DNA of 64,000 nt from Cyclobacteriaceae bacterium (GCA_020832375.1 JAFIEW010000001.1:55267-119266), one strand, 5' to 3'; numbered from the stretch's first letter, positions 43,962 to 55,153 are shown. Notes: generated by a model from the sequence alone, not told the origin. Program-made: numbers and translations.

Positions 43962-46688
43962 TTGAAAAAAAAGCTTCTCATATTTGGGTCTATAGCCATA
44001 TTCCTTATAGCTGTTTGGACAAGCTTGCTATTGCTTGACGGCAATGATAATGTTGTCAATGTAAGAGGCTTACTTGATAAGGAGTATCTTTTAGCACTTG
44101 AATTAGATGACTTAGATGCGCAAATGCGTTCATGGGAAGAGCATGCATGGTATACGGATCTATCTGAAATGGAAGATTTCCAATCTTTTCAGAAGGTAAG
44201 CGATCTGTTCACTGATCTCAAGGCGGCATTGTCAACAGAAAAAATTCGGTTTTATGCCTTTCTTAAAAAGCAAAGCAAAAATAAGCTCGGCTTTGTGCAT
44301 GTGGTACGACTCGACCCAGAAAAAAATCCCCCAAAGTGGTCAACTGTAAAGGCAGCAATTCAAGGAAGCCGCCCCGATCTTGAGATCACAGAAAGAAGCT
44401 TTCAGTCATTGGACTTTGTTGATATTGTAGACAAAAAAAAGTCTCTTCGCTACTCTTTGCTGATGCATGAAAATTTGATCATCGGTTCTGAGCATTCGGT
44501 ATTGATAGAAGACATGATTCGCCTTATCAACCGACAGCAAGCATCGGATCGCAAGCTGGAAACAGCCATCCTCGAAGAACCCTCATCCCAACTGCACCTT
44601 CGATTTGAAAACTTAGCCGAGTTGATTAGGATCATGAGCCGTGACGAAATTGACGTGCTTCCTGTGATTGATTTTATCGGTGATTTTAGTGATGGTCATT
44701 TTGGTGATTTTCAATTTCGTGATGACAGAATTGGTCTCAATGGCAAGCTTGAGCCTGATTCTTTGACGCACTTTAGCGCTACCTTCAAAGGCCTAAGGCC
44801 GGGAAGTCAAGATTTGAAACATCTCATTCCAACGAGAACAACCGCCTGGGCTCATGTAAGCGTGGAAAATGGCAAGGATTGGAGTGAGAAGCTAAGGAAC
44901 CATCGTGATGTGGTTGAAAAAGAGGAGGAACAAAAAAGAGCCAATTTCAAAAGTCAGAGCGGTCGCTATGCCGAGGAGTTTTTTGACTATTTTGGTCAAG
45001 AAATTGCTATTGCCTATTTGGAGCGAATCAACCCGAATATACAGGAAAAAGTCATTGTCATACAACTAAAGGATGAAGAGGGTGCGATTGAGTTTTTTGA
45101 TGAAATTGCCGCCAATGTTCATGAGGCGCAGGGTGACAGTATCTATTCGGAACAGTATTCGGGCTACAGGATTGGTAGGTTAGACTTCCCCGAGTTTCCA
45201 AGTCTTTTGCTAGGTAGGCAGGCAGGTGGATTCCCATCTACCTATTACTTTTTGGTCGGCAGCTCGATTGTATTGAGCAATACCGTGGCAACGGGAAAAA
45301 GCTTGCTTTTAGATTTAGAGACAGAGAATACTTGGGGTAAAACCCTGCGCTTTAGCGAATACCTAGCTTCCAACATCACGGATGCTCATTTTTCTTTTTA
45401 CGTCAACTTTCCGAGATTAAGGTTTGAGCTGCAAGAAAACCTAAGCCGCGAATGGCGACAAGTTTACAATAAAAATGAAACCCTGATTCGGTCAATTGAG
45501 CTGATGGGCTTTCAGCTCAGTCAGATGCAAGAAGGCAGCTATACCCTAAGCCAACTTTTGTATCAACCTAATAGAAAAGGTAGTAGACGAATTAGCTTTG
45601 AACCGAAGGTACGAATGCAGCTCGATGCGCCAGCTACGACTAAAGCTTTTGTAGTTAAAAACCATAACGATAATAGTCGCGAGATCCTCATTCAAGACCA
45701 AGACAATCAACTATATCTCTTTAATAGAAAAGGGGATTTACTTTGGAAGAAGGTAACTGATGAGGCAGTGAATGGAGAGGTCCATCAGGTAGACCTATAT
45801 AAGAATGGTAAACTACAATATTTATTTATTGGCAAGCGTAAGATTCACCTCATTGACCGCAATGGTAACTATGTTGAAGGCTTTCCATTTAGCGTTGCAG
45901 GAAGTGATCCTATCGCTCACCTTTCGTTGGTAGATTATGATTTAAGCAAAAACTATCGCTTACTACTCACAAAAGAGGGTGGTAAAATCTATATGTACGA
46001 TATGTCGGCAAAGGCATTGGAGGGCTGGAATCCTTTCCTCATTGAATCTGATGCTGCAACCGCTGCAGATCATTTTCGAGTGGAAGGCAAAGATTTCATC
46101 TATTCACTGCAAAAAGATGGACGCTTACACCTAATGAACAGAAGAGGAGAAATGCGAGTTGGATTTCCTTTAGCGCTCAAGACAGACATGGGAGACGACC
46201 TCTTTGTAGAAAAAGGAGAGGGTCTTTATAAGAGTTTTTTCCACTTAGTCAATCGAGAAGGAGAATACCTAAGAATTGACATTGATGGAAATTTACAGAA
46301 AAGAGAGCAACTTTATAAAGCTGATAATAGTACAAAGTTTTATTTGGTACCAGAAGAACAAGGTAAGGGGTTTGTGAAAGTACGCCTTGATTTATATAAG
46401 ATTGCCGTTATCAGTAGGTTGGGCGACCTCATATTTGAGCAAAATTATACGCCGTCAGAAAAGATGAGCTTTCAATATTACAACTTTGGTACGGATAGAC
46501 AGTTATATAGCTTGACCGACGAAGTGCAAGGCTTTAGCTACTTGTATGATCAAAAGGGAAAACTACTCAATGATCGTCCGATAGAGAGTAATTTTGAGAT
46601 ATCAGTCCTCTATTATGAGAGTCAAGGAAAGTATGAAGTGTATCATGTTTATAATGATGAACTCATGATTACTGAGTTTGAGTATTAA
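43962..46688 (+). CDS. Large conserved hypothetical protein with N-terminal membrane anchor
   Basis: 908-aa ORF with TTG start and MKKKLLIFGSIAIFLIAVW anchor. The C-terminal third has repeated G-rich beta-strand-like segments (..DRNGNYVEGFPF.., ..NRRGEMRVGFPL..) suggesting a beta-propeller. A TAtaTTTG box lies at 43858-43865. Confidence 0.6.
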   Translation: MKKKLLIFGSIAIFLIAVWTSLLLLDGNDNVVNVRGLLDKEYLLALELDDLDAQMRSWEEHAWYTDLSEMEDFQSFQKVSDLFTDLKAALSTEKIRFYAFLKKQSKNKLGFVHVVRLDPEKNPPKWSTVKAAIQGSRPDLEITERSFQSLDFVDIVDKKKSLRYSLLMHENLIIGSEHSVLIEDMIRLINRQQASDRKLETAILEEPSSQLHLRFENLAELIRIMSRDEIDVLPVIDFIGDFSDGHFGDFQFRDDRIGLNGKLEPDSLTHFSATFKGLRPGSQDLKHLIPTRTTAWAHVSVENGKDWSEKLRNHRDVVEKEEEQKRANFKSQSGRYAEEFFDYFGQEIAIAYLERINPNIQEKVIVIQLKDEEGAIEFFDEIAANVHEAQGDSIYSEQYSGYRIGRLDFPEFPSLLLGRQAGGFPSTYYFLVGSSIVLSNTVATGKSLLLDLETENTWGKTLRFSEYLASNITDAHFSFYVNFPRLRFELQENLSREWRQVYNKNETLIRSIELMGFQLSQMQEGSYTLSQLLYQPNRKGSRRISFEPKVRMQLDAPATTKAFVVKNHNDNSREILIQDQDNQLYLFNRKGDLLWKKVTDEAVNGEVHQVDLYKNGKLQYLFIGKRKIHLIDRNGNYVEGFPFSVAGSDPIAHLSLVDYDLSKNYRLLLTKEGGKIYMYDMSAKALEGWNPFLIESDAATAADHFRVEGKDFIYSLQKDGRLHLMNRRGEMRVGFPLALKTDMGDDLFVEKGEGLYKSFFHLVNREGEYLRIDIDGNLQKREQLYKADNSTKFYLVPEEQGKGFVKVRLDLYKIAVISRLGDLIFEQNYTPSEKMSFQYYNFGTDRQLYSLTDEVQGFSYLYDQKGKLLNDRPIESNFEISVLYYESQGKYEVYHVYNDELMITEFEY

Positions 46689-46739
46689 AACAAAATAGAA
46701 GTAAGTCCTCAGAGAGGCACATAGATTTAGTAAGAACGC

Positions 46740-48764
46740 ATGGCAAAAAAACAGCAATCAGATGCAAATGAGGCTCCTAAGAGCCCAAAAGACAGAACAA
46801 AACAATATTGGATATATTTGGCCATTTTTGGTTTAATTTTCGCTTTTCAGCTTCCAATGTTTTTCAGCAATACAATGGAAATCAACTCTCGGAAGTTTGA
46901 GCGAGAAATGTTGTTGGAGCGAGAAGTAGATAAAATCATTATTGTCAACAATGAGAAAGTAGAAGTCTATATCAAAGAGAGCGCTCTCGATCAAGATAAG
47001 CACAAGAACGTATCGGAAACCTCATTTGGACAGCGTAACCCTGGCCCTCACTATACTTTTACGATCGGTTCTGTAGATTATTTTATGGAACAGCTTGACA
47101 AAGCGCAGGCGGAGCTCATGGAAGAAGACAGGGTTACGGTAAAGTTTGATCGCCGTACCGATTGGTTTAGCAATATTTTAAGTTGGCTTCTTCCACTATT
47201 TATCATCGTAGCAATATGGATTTTCATCATGCGCCGTGCAAGTGGTGGTGGCATGGGTGGCAATAACCCTATGTTTAACGTAGGTAAGTCAAAGGCACTA
47301 CTCTTTGAAAAAGGCAGCAAGAAATCTGTTACTTTCGACGATATCGCAGGTTTAGATGAAGCCAAGCAAGAAATTATGGAGGTGGTTGATTTGCTCAAGA
47401 ATCCTGAGAAATATCAAAAACTTGGTGCCAAGGTACCAAAAGGAGCACTACTTACTGGCCCTCCAGGAACTGGTAAGACCATGATAGCAAAAGCGATGGC
47501 CAATGAAGCTGAGGTGCCATTTTTCAGCATATCAGGATCTGACTTTGTCGAAATGTTCGTGGGAGTGGGTGCTGCACGAGTAAGAGACCTCTTTAAGAAG
47601 GCTAAGGAAAAAGCACCTTGTATCATCTTCATTGATGAAATTGAAGCAATCGGCCGCTCAAGAAGTAAGTCTAACACTCAAACCAATGACGAGAGGGAAA
47701 ACACCCTGAATCAGATGCTTGTAGAAATGGATGGTTTCAATAGTGATGAAGTAGTTATTGTACTTGCAGCAACGAATAGGCCTGACCTTCTTGATAAAGC
47801 ACTGATGAGGCCTGGAAGGTTTGACCGACAGATAGTAGTAGATAAACCAGACCTGAAAGCTAGAGAGGCTATCTTTAAGGTACACATGAAAAACATAAGT
47901 GTTGGCGAAGGAATTGACGCAAAATACTTAGCAGAACAAACACCTGGCTTTGCGGGTGCTGAGATCGCCAATGTTTGTAATGAGGCCGCACTTTTTGCCG
48001 CTAGAGAAGGTAGGGATAACATCAGTATGAAAAACTTCAATGATGCGATCGATAGAGTGATTGGAGGCTTAGAGCGAAAAAATAAACTAATATCAAAAAG
48101 TGAAAAGAAAAGAATTGCTTATCACGAAGCGGGGCACGCAATTGCGGGTTGGTTCTTAGAAAACAGTAACCCATTGGTAAAAGTATCCATCATACCGAGG
48201 GGTGCGGCAGCTCTAGGCTATGCTCAATATCTTCCAAAGGAGCAATATCTTTACACTAAAGAAGAATTGCTAGATAATGTCGTGATGACATTGGCAGGAA
48301 GAGCCGCAGAGGAAGTGAAGTTTGGTAATATCTCTACAGGCGCTCAAAATGACCTAGAGAAAGTAACCAACATGGTCTATAGTATGCTTATTATGTATGG
48401 CATGGATCGGGAAATAGGGCAATTTTCATTCAATAGCAATGCCAATGAATTTAATCTTCAAAAGCCTTATTCAGAAGCTACTAGCTCTAAGATAGATGAA
48501 ACGGCCAAGAATATTATTGAAGAGCAATACAAAAGAGCCATCAGTTTGCTAAAAGAAAGAAATAAAGAGTTTGAGAAAGTGGCCACCAGTCTTTTAGAAA
48601 AAGAAGTGCTTACTAAAGCCGAATTTCAAGAGCTTGTAGGTCAGCGAGCTGTCTCGGAAGTACTCGATGAAGAGGAAAAGTCGAATAAAGAGTCGGAAGA
48701 GAAAAACGCAAAGAATGACGCTAAAAATAAGGAAGATGATGCCAATTTGCCTAGCGAAAGCTAA
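46740..48764 (+). CDS. ftsH: ATP-dependent zinc metalloprotease FtsH
   Basis: 674 aa. Two N-terminal TM helices, AAA+ Walker A GPPGTGKT, Walker [12 protein letters not shown] ([19 protein letters not shown]), zinc site HEAGHA. Confidence 0.95.
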   Translation: MAKKQQSDANEAPKSPKDRTKQYWIYLAIFGLIFAFQLPMFFSNTMEINSRKFEREMLLEREVDKIIIVNNEKVEVYIKESALDQDKHKNVSETSFGQRNPGPHYTFTIGSVDYFMEQLDKAQAELMEEDRVTVKFDRRTDWFSNILSWLLPLFIIVAIWIFIMRRASGGGMGGNNPMFNVGKSKALLFEKGSKKSVTFDDIAGLDEAKQEIMEVVDLLKNPEKYQKLGAKVPKGALLTGPPGTGKTMIAKAMANEAEVPFFSISGSDFVEMFVGVGAARVRDLFKKAKEKAPCIIFIDEIEAIGRSRSKSNTQTNDERENTLNQMLVEMDGFNSDEVVIVLAATNRPDLLDKALMRPGRFDRQIVVDKPDLKAREAIFKVHMKNISVGEGIDAKYLAEQTPGFAGAEIANVCNEAALFAAREGRDNISMKNFNDAIDRVIGGLERKNKLISKSEKKRIAYHEAGHAIAGWFLENSNPLVKVSIIPRGAAALGYAQYLPKEQYLYTKEELLDNVVMTLAGRAAEEVKFGNISTGAQNDLEKVTNMVYSMLIMYGMDREIGQFSFNSNANEFNLQKPYSEATSSKIDETAKNIIEEQYKRAISLLKERNKEFEKVATSLLEKEVLTKAEFQELVGQRAVSEVLDEEEKSNKESEEKNAKNDAKNKEDDANLPSES

Positions 48765-48798
48765 TAGGTAGTCACTTGATAATGCCTGAAATTCATGT

Positions 48799-48836
48799 AA
48801 AACCCGTCGCTATTTGTTTAGTGGCGGGTTTTTTAT
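48799..48836 (+). terminator. Rho-independent terminator after ftsH
   Basis: AAACCCG(TC)GC...G(TG)GCGGGTTT imperfect hairpin followed by TTTTTATT. Confidence 0.65.
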
Positions 48837-49016
48837 TGAGTTATTAGCGAAGCCTCTTACCCAACCAACATCTACCGTTGATAACATCCATAAAGCTCTT
48901 TTCGGGCAAATTCTATAATTGAAAATTCATAAAATACAGATTTTCAACTATCTTGCATATCAAATGATCTAAATTAACGTTAATAGTATTGACATAAATC
49001 TACATCTCTTACCTCT

Positions 49017-49691
49017 ATGACGATAAAAAGTCACATTATTTTCTTTGTTTTTATAATATTGACTGTATTCATATGCAGTTCACATTCTCTTTATGCACAA
49101 GAGGAAGAGAAAAAAATCATCCAGGTTTCTGGTGTAGTAGTAGATGAAGAAACGCAATCAGGCCTACCAGGAACACACATCTTCATACCCGCTACACGAC
49201 GAGGCACCACTTCTAATGCCGTAGGCTATTTTTCTTTCCCTGCGGCGGTAGGTGATAGCATTGTCTTTTCATCAGTTGGGTACGAGCGGCTCTATTTGAT
49301 CATTCCCGATACAAAAAAGGGGAAAATCACGGAGCTAATTGAAATGAGGCCTGACACTACTTATCTGAGAGATGTAGAAGTATCACCTTATTTGACAGAG
49401 AGGGAGTTTAAGGAAGCCATCTTGGCCATGAAGATACCTAATCAAGAAGAATATGCTAATATGCGTAGGAACTTGAGTGACGCTCGACTAGCCGCCCTAT
49501 TTGCAGTAACACCTATGGACGGGTCGGAAAATTATAGATTCAGTAACCAGGTGAATTTTAATCGGGTACATACCAATAATTCGGTACAAACCATACCATT
49601 GCTCAATCCCTTTGCTATTTCTAGTTTGTTTGAGTCGATCAGGAGGGGCGACTTTAAAAAGAAAGCCCGCGAAGGTCAAGAGGATCTCTAA
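49017..49691 (+). CDS. Carboxypeptidase-regulatory-like (CarboxypepD_reg) domain protein
   Basis: 224 aa. Signal/anchor sequence, then IQVSGVVVDEETQSGLPGTHIFI..RGTTSNAVGYFSF, typical of the CarboxypepD_reg fold. Confidence 0.6.
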   Translation: MTIKSHIIFFVFIILTVFICSSHSLYAQEEEKKIIQVSGVVVDEETQSGLPGTHIFIPATRRGTTSNAVGYFSFPAAVGDSIVFSSVGYERLYLIIPDTKKGKITELIEMRPDTTYLRDVEVSPYLTEREFKEAILAMKIPNQEEYANMRRNLSDARLAALFAVTPMDGSENYRFSNQVNFNRVHTNNSVQTIPLLNPFAISSLFESIRRGDFKKKAREGQEDL

Positions 49692-49997
49692 TTTATCACC
49701 TGCCAGAAATAAACTTCTAGAAGATAAGATAGCTGAATTTAGTCCTATGACATTAGCTTTGAATAAGATGTATTTACGTTTGGTCAATTTAAAGCATACA
49801 ATGGTTGTCATAATAACACATCGACATTCCCCTACCTTGTGACCATTCATCTTCCTGAAGAATAAAGAGCTTACTTACCCCACCTACCGGAGGAATATAG
49901 GGGCAAGATTCTTTGCGATTGAACCATATAAAGCATAAGAAGAAGTGACTTTTGTCATTAGCAATATCCCTGAAAAAGAGTAATTTTACGACTAGTT

Positions 49998-50678
49998 ATG
50001 ATAGAGAAGATTCAATCAAGCAGTTGGTACATCGCTTTCCTAAAGGAAGTGAAGATAGAGTGGCGACAGAAATTCACTGTTTATGGTATTTTCCTGTACA
50101 TGATCAGTACGGTTTTTATTGTTTACTTGGGCTTTCAGGTACGCCAAGGCGTAGTTGATCCTGTGCTATGGAACACCCTGTTTTGGATCATCTTACTCTT
50201 TTCAGCCGTAAATGCCATTGCAAAAAGCTTTCTTTCTGAAAGTAGAGGACTGATGTTGTATTATTTTACGGTACATTCGCCTACCTCCTTCTTATTTGCT
50301 AAGCTATTTTATCACTTTCTTTTATTTAGCTTTATTTCAATTTTAGGGCTGGGAATCTATAGCGTGATATTAGGCAATCCAGTACAAGACCCTCTGATGT
50401 TCTTCTTAAGTATCATTTTAGGCTCATTAGGCTTTACGGGGGTATTTACTTTTGTCTCTGCGATTGCTTCTAAAGCGGCACAAGGGGCGGTAATGATGGC
50501 CGTACTGGGTTTTCCTATCGTCATCCCAATACTACTCATGGCTATAAAAAGCAGCAAAAATGCTATGGACGGACTCGATCGAGCGGTTACCTCAGGCGAT
50601 ATTTTGACATTGGGAGCGATAGACCTCATCGTATGGTCGGCTGCCTTAATGCTATTTCCTTTTTTATGGAAAAACTAA
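49998..50678 (+). CDS. ccmB: Haem exporter membrane subunit CcmB
   Basis: 226 aa with six hydrophobic segments. Sits directly upstream of ccmC. N-terminal ..FLKEVKIEWRQK.. is typical of Bacteroidota CcmB. Confidence 0.75.
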   Translation: MIEKIQSSSWYIAFLKEVKIEWRQKFTVYGIFLYMISTVFIVYLGFQVRQGVVDPVLWNTLFWIILLFSAVNAIAKSFLSESRGLMLYYFTVHSPTSFLFAKLFYHFLLFSFISILGLGIYSVILGNPVQDPLMFFLSIILGSLGFTGVFTFVSAIASKAAQGAVMMAVLGFPIVIPILLMAIKSSKNAMDGLDRAVTSGDILTLGAIDLIVWSAALMLFPFLWKN

Positions 50679-50796
50679 ATGTATCCAATTGCCGTTATTA
50701 TGCTAATTTGTATTGAAAATTAATAAACATATAGTGAAGAAAGCTTCATTTACAATCTGAGAATAGAAACTTAAATAAGCTTTTTCATATAGTGCG

Positions 50797-51498
50797 ATGA
50801 GTACAAAAAAACAAAAATTTCAGTGGTGGAAGTGGACAACAATCATCTTGTTGGTCTACACAATAATTGGTGGCTTTTTATTTGACGTACCTAGGTTAAT
50901 TATCCTCAATGAAACCGTAAGAGTGCTGCATTTCCATGTACCCATGTGGTTTGGCATGATCATATTGTTGGTATACTCTGTTGTCTATTCATTCAGGTAT
51001 TTGAGATATCAGAGGGAGATTGACGATATTAAATCAGCCGCTTTTGCTAAAATCGGTGTTTGGTTTGGTATTTTAGGTATCCTTACGGGGATGCTATGGG
51101 CCAATTACACTTGGGGTTCTCCATGGAATGGAGATCCAAAGCAAAATGGTGCAGCCATCGCATTGCTCATTTATTTTGCTTACCTCCTCTTGCGCAATGC
51201 ACTAGAAGACCCACAACAGAAAGCACGCATCGCTTCGGTATATAATATTTTCGCTTTTGCAATGCTTATCCCTTTACTGTTTATTTTACCAAGACTCACT
51301 GATTCACTACACCCTGGTAATGGTGGTAACCCAGGCTTCAATGCCTATGACCTTGATAGTAAGTTGAGAGCGGTTTTCTACTTTGCTGTAGCAGGTTGGA
51401 CGATGTTAGGATATTGGGTAGCTCAAACAAACATCAAATTAGAAGTGATCAAACAAAAAATAGAGGACAATTATGAAGAAATTTTAAAACATAATTAA
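50797..51498 (+). CDS. ccmC: Haem exporter/haem-handling protein CcmC
   Basis: 233 aa. Trp-rich WWD-type motif WANYTWGSPWNGDPKQNG and flanking conserved His (HFHVPMW). Confidence 0.85.
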   Translation: MSTKKQKFQWWKWTTIILLVYTIIGGFLFDVPRLIILNETVRVLHFHVPMWFGMIILLVYSVVYSFRYLRYQREIDDIKSAAFAKIGVWFGILGILTGMLWANYTWGSPWNGDPKQNGAAIALLIYFAYLLLRNALEDPQQKARIASVYNIFAFAMLIPLLFILPRLTDSLHPGNGGNPGFNAYDLDSKLRAVFYFAVAGWTMLGYWVAQTNIKLEVIKQKIEDNYEEILKHN

Positions 51499-51610
51499 GC
51501 TATTTTTTCGTAAGGATAAATGTATTTATTCTCATTCCTACAAAGAAATAAAACACTAAACCCTAAAACATAAAAGAGTGGCAGTGAGACTACTGCACTT
51601 TATCAGGAAA

Positions 51611-51892
51611 ATGAAACATACAATTTATAAAGTTTTGATTGCTTCGCTTATGGTATTCATGGTAGCGAGTACGGCGCTAGGTCAGGAAAAATACAGCATT
51701 GACGACTCAGACTATACCAATACCAATGTGGAGATGGCCGATCAGTTTCGCGCTGAAGGTAAAATCTATGTGGTAGTAGCGGTAGTGCTTTTGATTTTGG
51801 CAGGGATGTTTGTATATATTATAAGAACTGATCGAAAGGCAGCATCTCTCGAAAAAAAACTAGCTGAGATTAAAGGTCTTGACAAAGAATAA
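51611..51892 (+). CDS. CcmD-like small membrane protein
   Basis: ATG at 51611 (tracked GTG at 51578). Signal-like N-terminus, then ..AEGKIYVVVAVVLLILAGMFVYIIRTDRKAASLEKKL, as in Bacteroidota CcmD-family proteins. Lies between ccmC and ccmE. Confidence 0.55.
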   Translation: MKHTIYKVLIASLMVFMVASTALGQEKYSIDDSDYTNTNVEMADQFRAEGKIYVVVAVVLLILAGMFVYIIRTDRKAASLEKKLAEIKGLDKE

Positions 51893-51999
51893 GCGCTACA
51901 AAAAACTTTAAGATTAGATACTCAAGTAGTGAATTAAAAAGGCATCTTAGTTGTTAAAAACGAGATGCTTAGGAAAATACAACAATAAAAACAGAACGA

Positions 52000-52404
52000 A
52001 TGAAAAGGAGTTATTTATTTGGGTTAGGTATCATAGCGGTAGCGGTCATAGTGATTGTATCTGCGATTGGTGATGCTAGTTCTTATGTGACTTTCAGTCA
52101 AGCTGAGGCGATGGCAGCGGCAGGCAAAAATAAACAAATCCACGTAGTAGGTGAATTGAAGAAAAATGAACGCGGCGAACCTGTAGGCATAGAAACGTCT
52201 GCGGATAAGTTGAGCTTCCGCTTTATAATGGTAGATGAAGAAGGTAGAGAACAGACAGTATACTATAATGAGCCTATACCTGCGGACTTCAAAAGATCTG
52301 AGCAAGTAGTGATCATTGGAGGGTTTCACGATGAGCTATTTCTAGCTGACAAAATTTTAATGAAATGTCCTTCTAAATATCAGGAAGACGAAATTAAGGT
52401 ATAA
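52000..52404 (+). CDS. ccmE: Cytochrome c maturation haem chaperone CcmE, CxxxY variant
   Basis: 134 aa. N-terminal anchor and OB-fold region (..VVGELK...... F.M.D....... V.Y......F). C-terminal KCPSKY replaces the classical HxxxY haem-binding motif. Confidence 0.8.
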   Translation: MKRSYLFGLGIIAVAVIVIVSAIGDASSYVTFSQAEAMAAAGKNKQIHVVGELKKNERGEPVGIETSADKLSFRFIMVDEEGREQTVYYNEPIPADFKRSEQVVIIGGFHDELFLADKILMKCPSKYQEDEIKV

Positions 52405-52436
52405 GCAATCAACCATCATATTCAAAAACTATACAG

Positions 52437-52466
52437 GAAGGCGTCTACCATGACGCCTTCTTTTTA
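52437..52466 (+). terminator. Terminator-like hairpin between ccmE and ccmF
   Basis: GAAGGCGTC-TACCAT-GACGCCTTC (9-bp stem, 52437-52460) followed by T5 (52461-52465). Confidence 0.7.
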
Positions 52467-52595
52467 ATCACTTGTTCTTGTCTCTTCCAAGTTGGGATGA
52501 TGCCAATAGCAAGCAAGACGGTTTATTAAACATTCAATTCAATCCACTAAAGCTGTGCTATAATGCGCTGCGGGTGGCATCAAATTAAGTATCAG

Positions 52596-55151
52596 ATGAT
52601 CAATACGTTTGTTGGAGACCTAGGACACTTATTTGTAGTGTTATCCTTTGCTTTCTCCCTTATCGCAACCTATGCTTACTATCAGCACACAAGTACTAGC
52701 AATGCTGATGAAAAAAGGCAGTGGCGCATTTTCGCTCGCACCACATTTTACGCTCACTTTGCATCCATCTTGGGGGTAATATTAGCGTTATTCTACATCA
52801 TTTACAACCATATGTTTGAGTATCACTATGCCTATGCTCACTCAGAAATCAACTTACCTACCCACTTCATGATTTCATGCTTCTGGGAGGGACAAGAAGG
52901 TTCTTTTCTACTGTGGATGTTTTGGAACGCTGTTTTAGGGATAGTTATCGTCAACACCAACCGTTTTTGGGAAGGACCGGTAATGACCGTATTCTCGGGA
53001 GTACAAGCATTTCTAACTTCTATGATTTTAGGTGTAGTGTTTTTCAATCTTAAAATAGGAAGTAGTCCATTTATCTTGTTGAGAGATGCTATGGATGCAC
53101 CAATATTCGATATTGACCCAAATTTCGTTCCTGAAGATGGTACAGGACTGAATCCAATCTTGCAAAATATTTGGATGGTCATTCACCCGCCTACCTTATT
53201 CTTAGGTTTTTCAGCGACGATGGTGCCATTTGCCTATGCAATATCAGGCTTGTGGTTTAAGCAATACAAAGAGTGGATTCGTCCTGCATTGCCTTGGACG
53301 CTTTTTGCAGCGGCTATCTTAGGTGCAGGTATCTTGATGGGAGCTATTTGGGCTTACGAAACACTAAGTTTTGGAGGATACTGGAACTGGGATCCTGTAG
53401 AAAATGCAATTTATGTACCTTGGTTGGTATTGGTAGCATCATACCATACTATGATCATTTATAAAAACAGTAAGACGGCCCTCAAGACCTCATTTGTTCT
53501 AGTGATCGCTACTTTTATATTGATCCTTTACAGTACGTTTTTAGTAAGAAGTGGTGTATTGGGTGAGGCCTCAGTTCACTCATTTACTGATCTAGGACTC
53601 AGTGGACAGCTATTGATTTACATGTTTACCTTTTTGATCATATCGGTAGCCTTGTTGATCTATCGCTGGAAAGATATACCAGGTTCAGAAAAAGAGGCAG
53701 ATACTTATTCGAGGGAGTTCTGGATTTTCATCGGTGCGGCTACACTTTGCTTGATGGGTTTTCAAGTGCTCATCCCAACGTCAATACCAGTATATAACGC
53801 TATAATAGAAGCTTTTGGTGGTATATCCAATGTAGCACCACCAGCAAATCAAGAGGAGTTTTATTCCAAGTTTCAATTATGGTTTGCAGTAGGTGTAGCC
53901 TTATTGTCAGGAACAGGACAGTTTTTCTATTGGAAAAAAATGGACAAAGAAAAGCTCAAAAAGGCTATTCTTACGCCAGCACTTGTTTCTTTGCTAGTTA
54001 GCTCTTTGCTTATTGTACTTTTGGGGGTAGACAAGTTGCCATATATCATCTTGTTGACTGCAGCAGTATTTAGCATAGTGGCTAATAGCAAAATCTTATT
54101 TTCTTTTGGTAAGAAAGTTACTCGCCTTTCAGGTGGCTCCATAGCCCATATTGGGTTAGCGATGATGATGATTGGGATATTGATCTCTTCGGCTTACACC
54201 AACGTGATATCTGAAAATGATTCTGGTTTATTACTTTCCCGTGAATTTAACCAGCGACAGAACCAAGAAAACAAATTGCTGTGGCTAAATGAGCCTACCA
54301 AGATGGATCGTTATGAGATGACTTATAAGGGAATGAAGATGGACGTAAGTGGCGTACCAGGCTATGTGGATATTCATATTCTCAAAAACACAGATGACCC
54401 ATACTACAAAATTGCGGGCATCGATATCATCAAAGATGGTAAGGTTTATGTGAAAAAAGGAGAGCGTGTAAGAGTGCAGCCTGAGAACATCTACTATGAG
54501 GTGGCTTATACTACAGATAAAGGAGAGCAGTTCTCTCTTTTCCCAAGAGCACAAGTAAACCCATCGATGGGACTGATAGTATCTCCAGACACGAGAAATT
54601 ACTTGCATAAAGATGTTTACACCCACTTGACAAGTATACCTGACCCTACTGAAGAAGAGGAGTGGAGCGATACTGAGACCTTTGAGGTAGGTATCCAAGA
54701 GCGTTTCTTTATCAATGACTATGTAGCTGTAGTAGAAAAAGTTGAAAGAATAGACAGCTTCGAAGATATTGAGCTTGGCCCCGGAGATATTGCAGTAAGA
54801 GCAGATGTAAAAGTACATGGCAAGCTTAATGAAGAGCTACTTCAGCCTGTATTTATTGTGAAAGACAATATGGTGGGTCGAGTACCGGTAGTATTACCTG
54901 GATACGGTATCAAAATGGTATTTGCAGGCATCAACCCAGAAAAAAACACCTTTACTTTCGACGTTAATACCACTCAAAAAGACTGGATCATTATGAAGGC
55001 AATAGAAAAGCCAATGATCAATCTTCTATGGATCGGTATTGTCTTACTCATGGTTGGTTTTGTAATCGCTACAAGGAGAAGATATATCGAATTCATTAAC
55101 GAGCGAGACAAAGACCTTCAAAGAAAGGAAAAGAAAAGTGAGTTAGCATAA
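52596..55151 (+). CDS. ccmF: Cytochrome c-type biogenesis protein CcmF (haem lyase component)
   Basis: WWD motif GGYWNWDPVENA. Many TM segments, with a large C-terminal periplasmic extension. ATG at 52596 (tracked start 52563). Confidence 0.85.
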   Translation: MINTFVGDLGHLFVVLSFAFSLIATYAYYQHTSTSNADEKRQWRIFARTTFYAHFASILGVILALFYIIYNHMFEYHYAYAHSEINLPTHFMISCFWEGQEGSFLLWMFWNAVLGIVIVNTNRFWEGPVMTVFSGVQAFLTSMILGVVFFNLKIGSSPFILLRDAMDAPIFDIDPNFVPEDGTGLNPILQNIWMVIHPPTLFLGFSATMVPFAYAISGLWFKQYKEWIRPALPWTLFAAAILGAGILMGAIWAYETLSFGGYWNWDPVENAIYVPWLVLVASYHTMIIYKNSKTALKTSFVLVIATFILILYSTFLVRSGVLGEASVHSFTDLGLSGQLLIYMFTFLIISVALLIYRWKDIPGSEKEADTYSREFWIFIGAATLCLMGFQVLIPTSIPVYNAIIEAFGGISNVAPPANQEEFYSKFQLWFAVGVALLSGTGQFFYWKKMDKEKLKKAILTPALVSLLVSSLLIVLLGVDKLPYIILLTAAVFSIVANSKILFSFGKKVTRLSGGSIAHIGLAMMMIGILISSAYTNVISENDSGLLLSREFNQRQNQENKLLWLNEPTKMDRYEMTYKGMKMDVSGVPGYVDIHILKNTDDPYYKIAGIDIIKDGKVYVKKGERVRVQPENIYYEVAYTTDKGEQFSLFPRAQVNPSMGLIVSPDTRNYLHKDVYTHLTSIPDPTEEEEWSDTETFEVGIQERFFINDYVAVVEKVERIDSFEDIELGPGDIAVRADVKVHGKLNEELLQPVFIVKDNMVGRVPVVLPGYGIKMVFAGINPEKNTFTFDVNTTQKDWIIMKAIEKPMINLLWIGIVLLMVGFVIATRRRYIEFINERDKDLQRKEKKSELA

Positions 55152-55153
55152 AT

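Noticed and set aside
49497-50158. ORFs 49497..49850 (-), 49612..49842 (+) and 49952..50158 (+) in and around the gap before ccmB.
   Set aside because: They overlap each other, the 3' end of the CarboxypepD_reg gene, or the 5' end of ccmB. Their translations are Cys/Arg-rich and show no motifs. The 49952 ORF is out of frame with the well-supported ccmB start at 49998.
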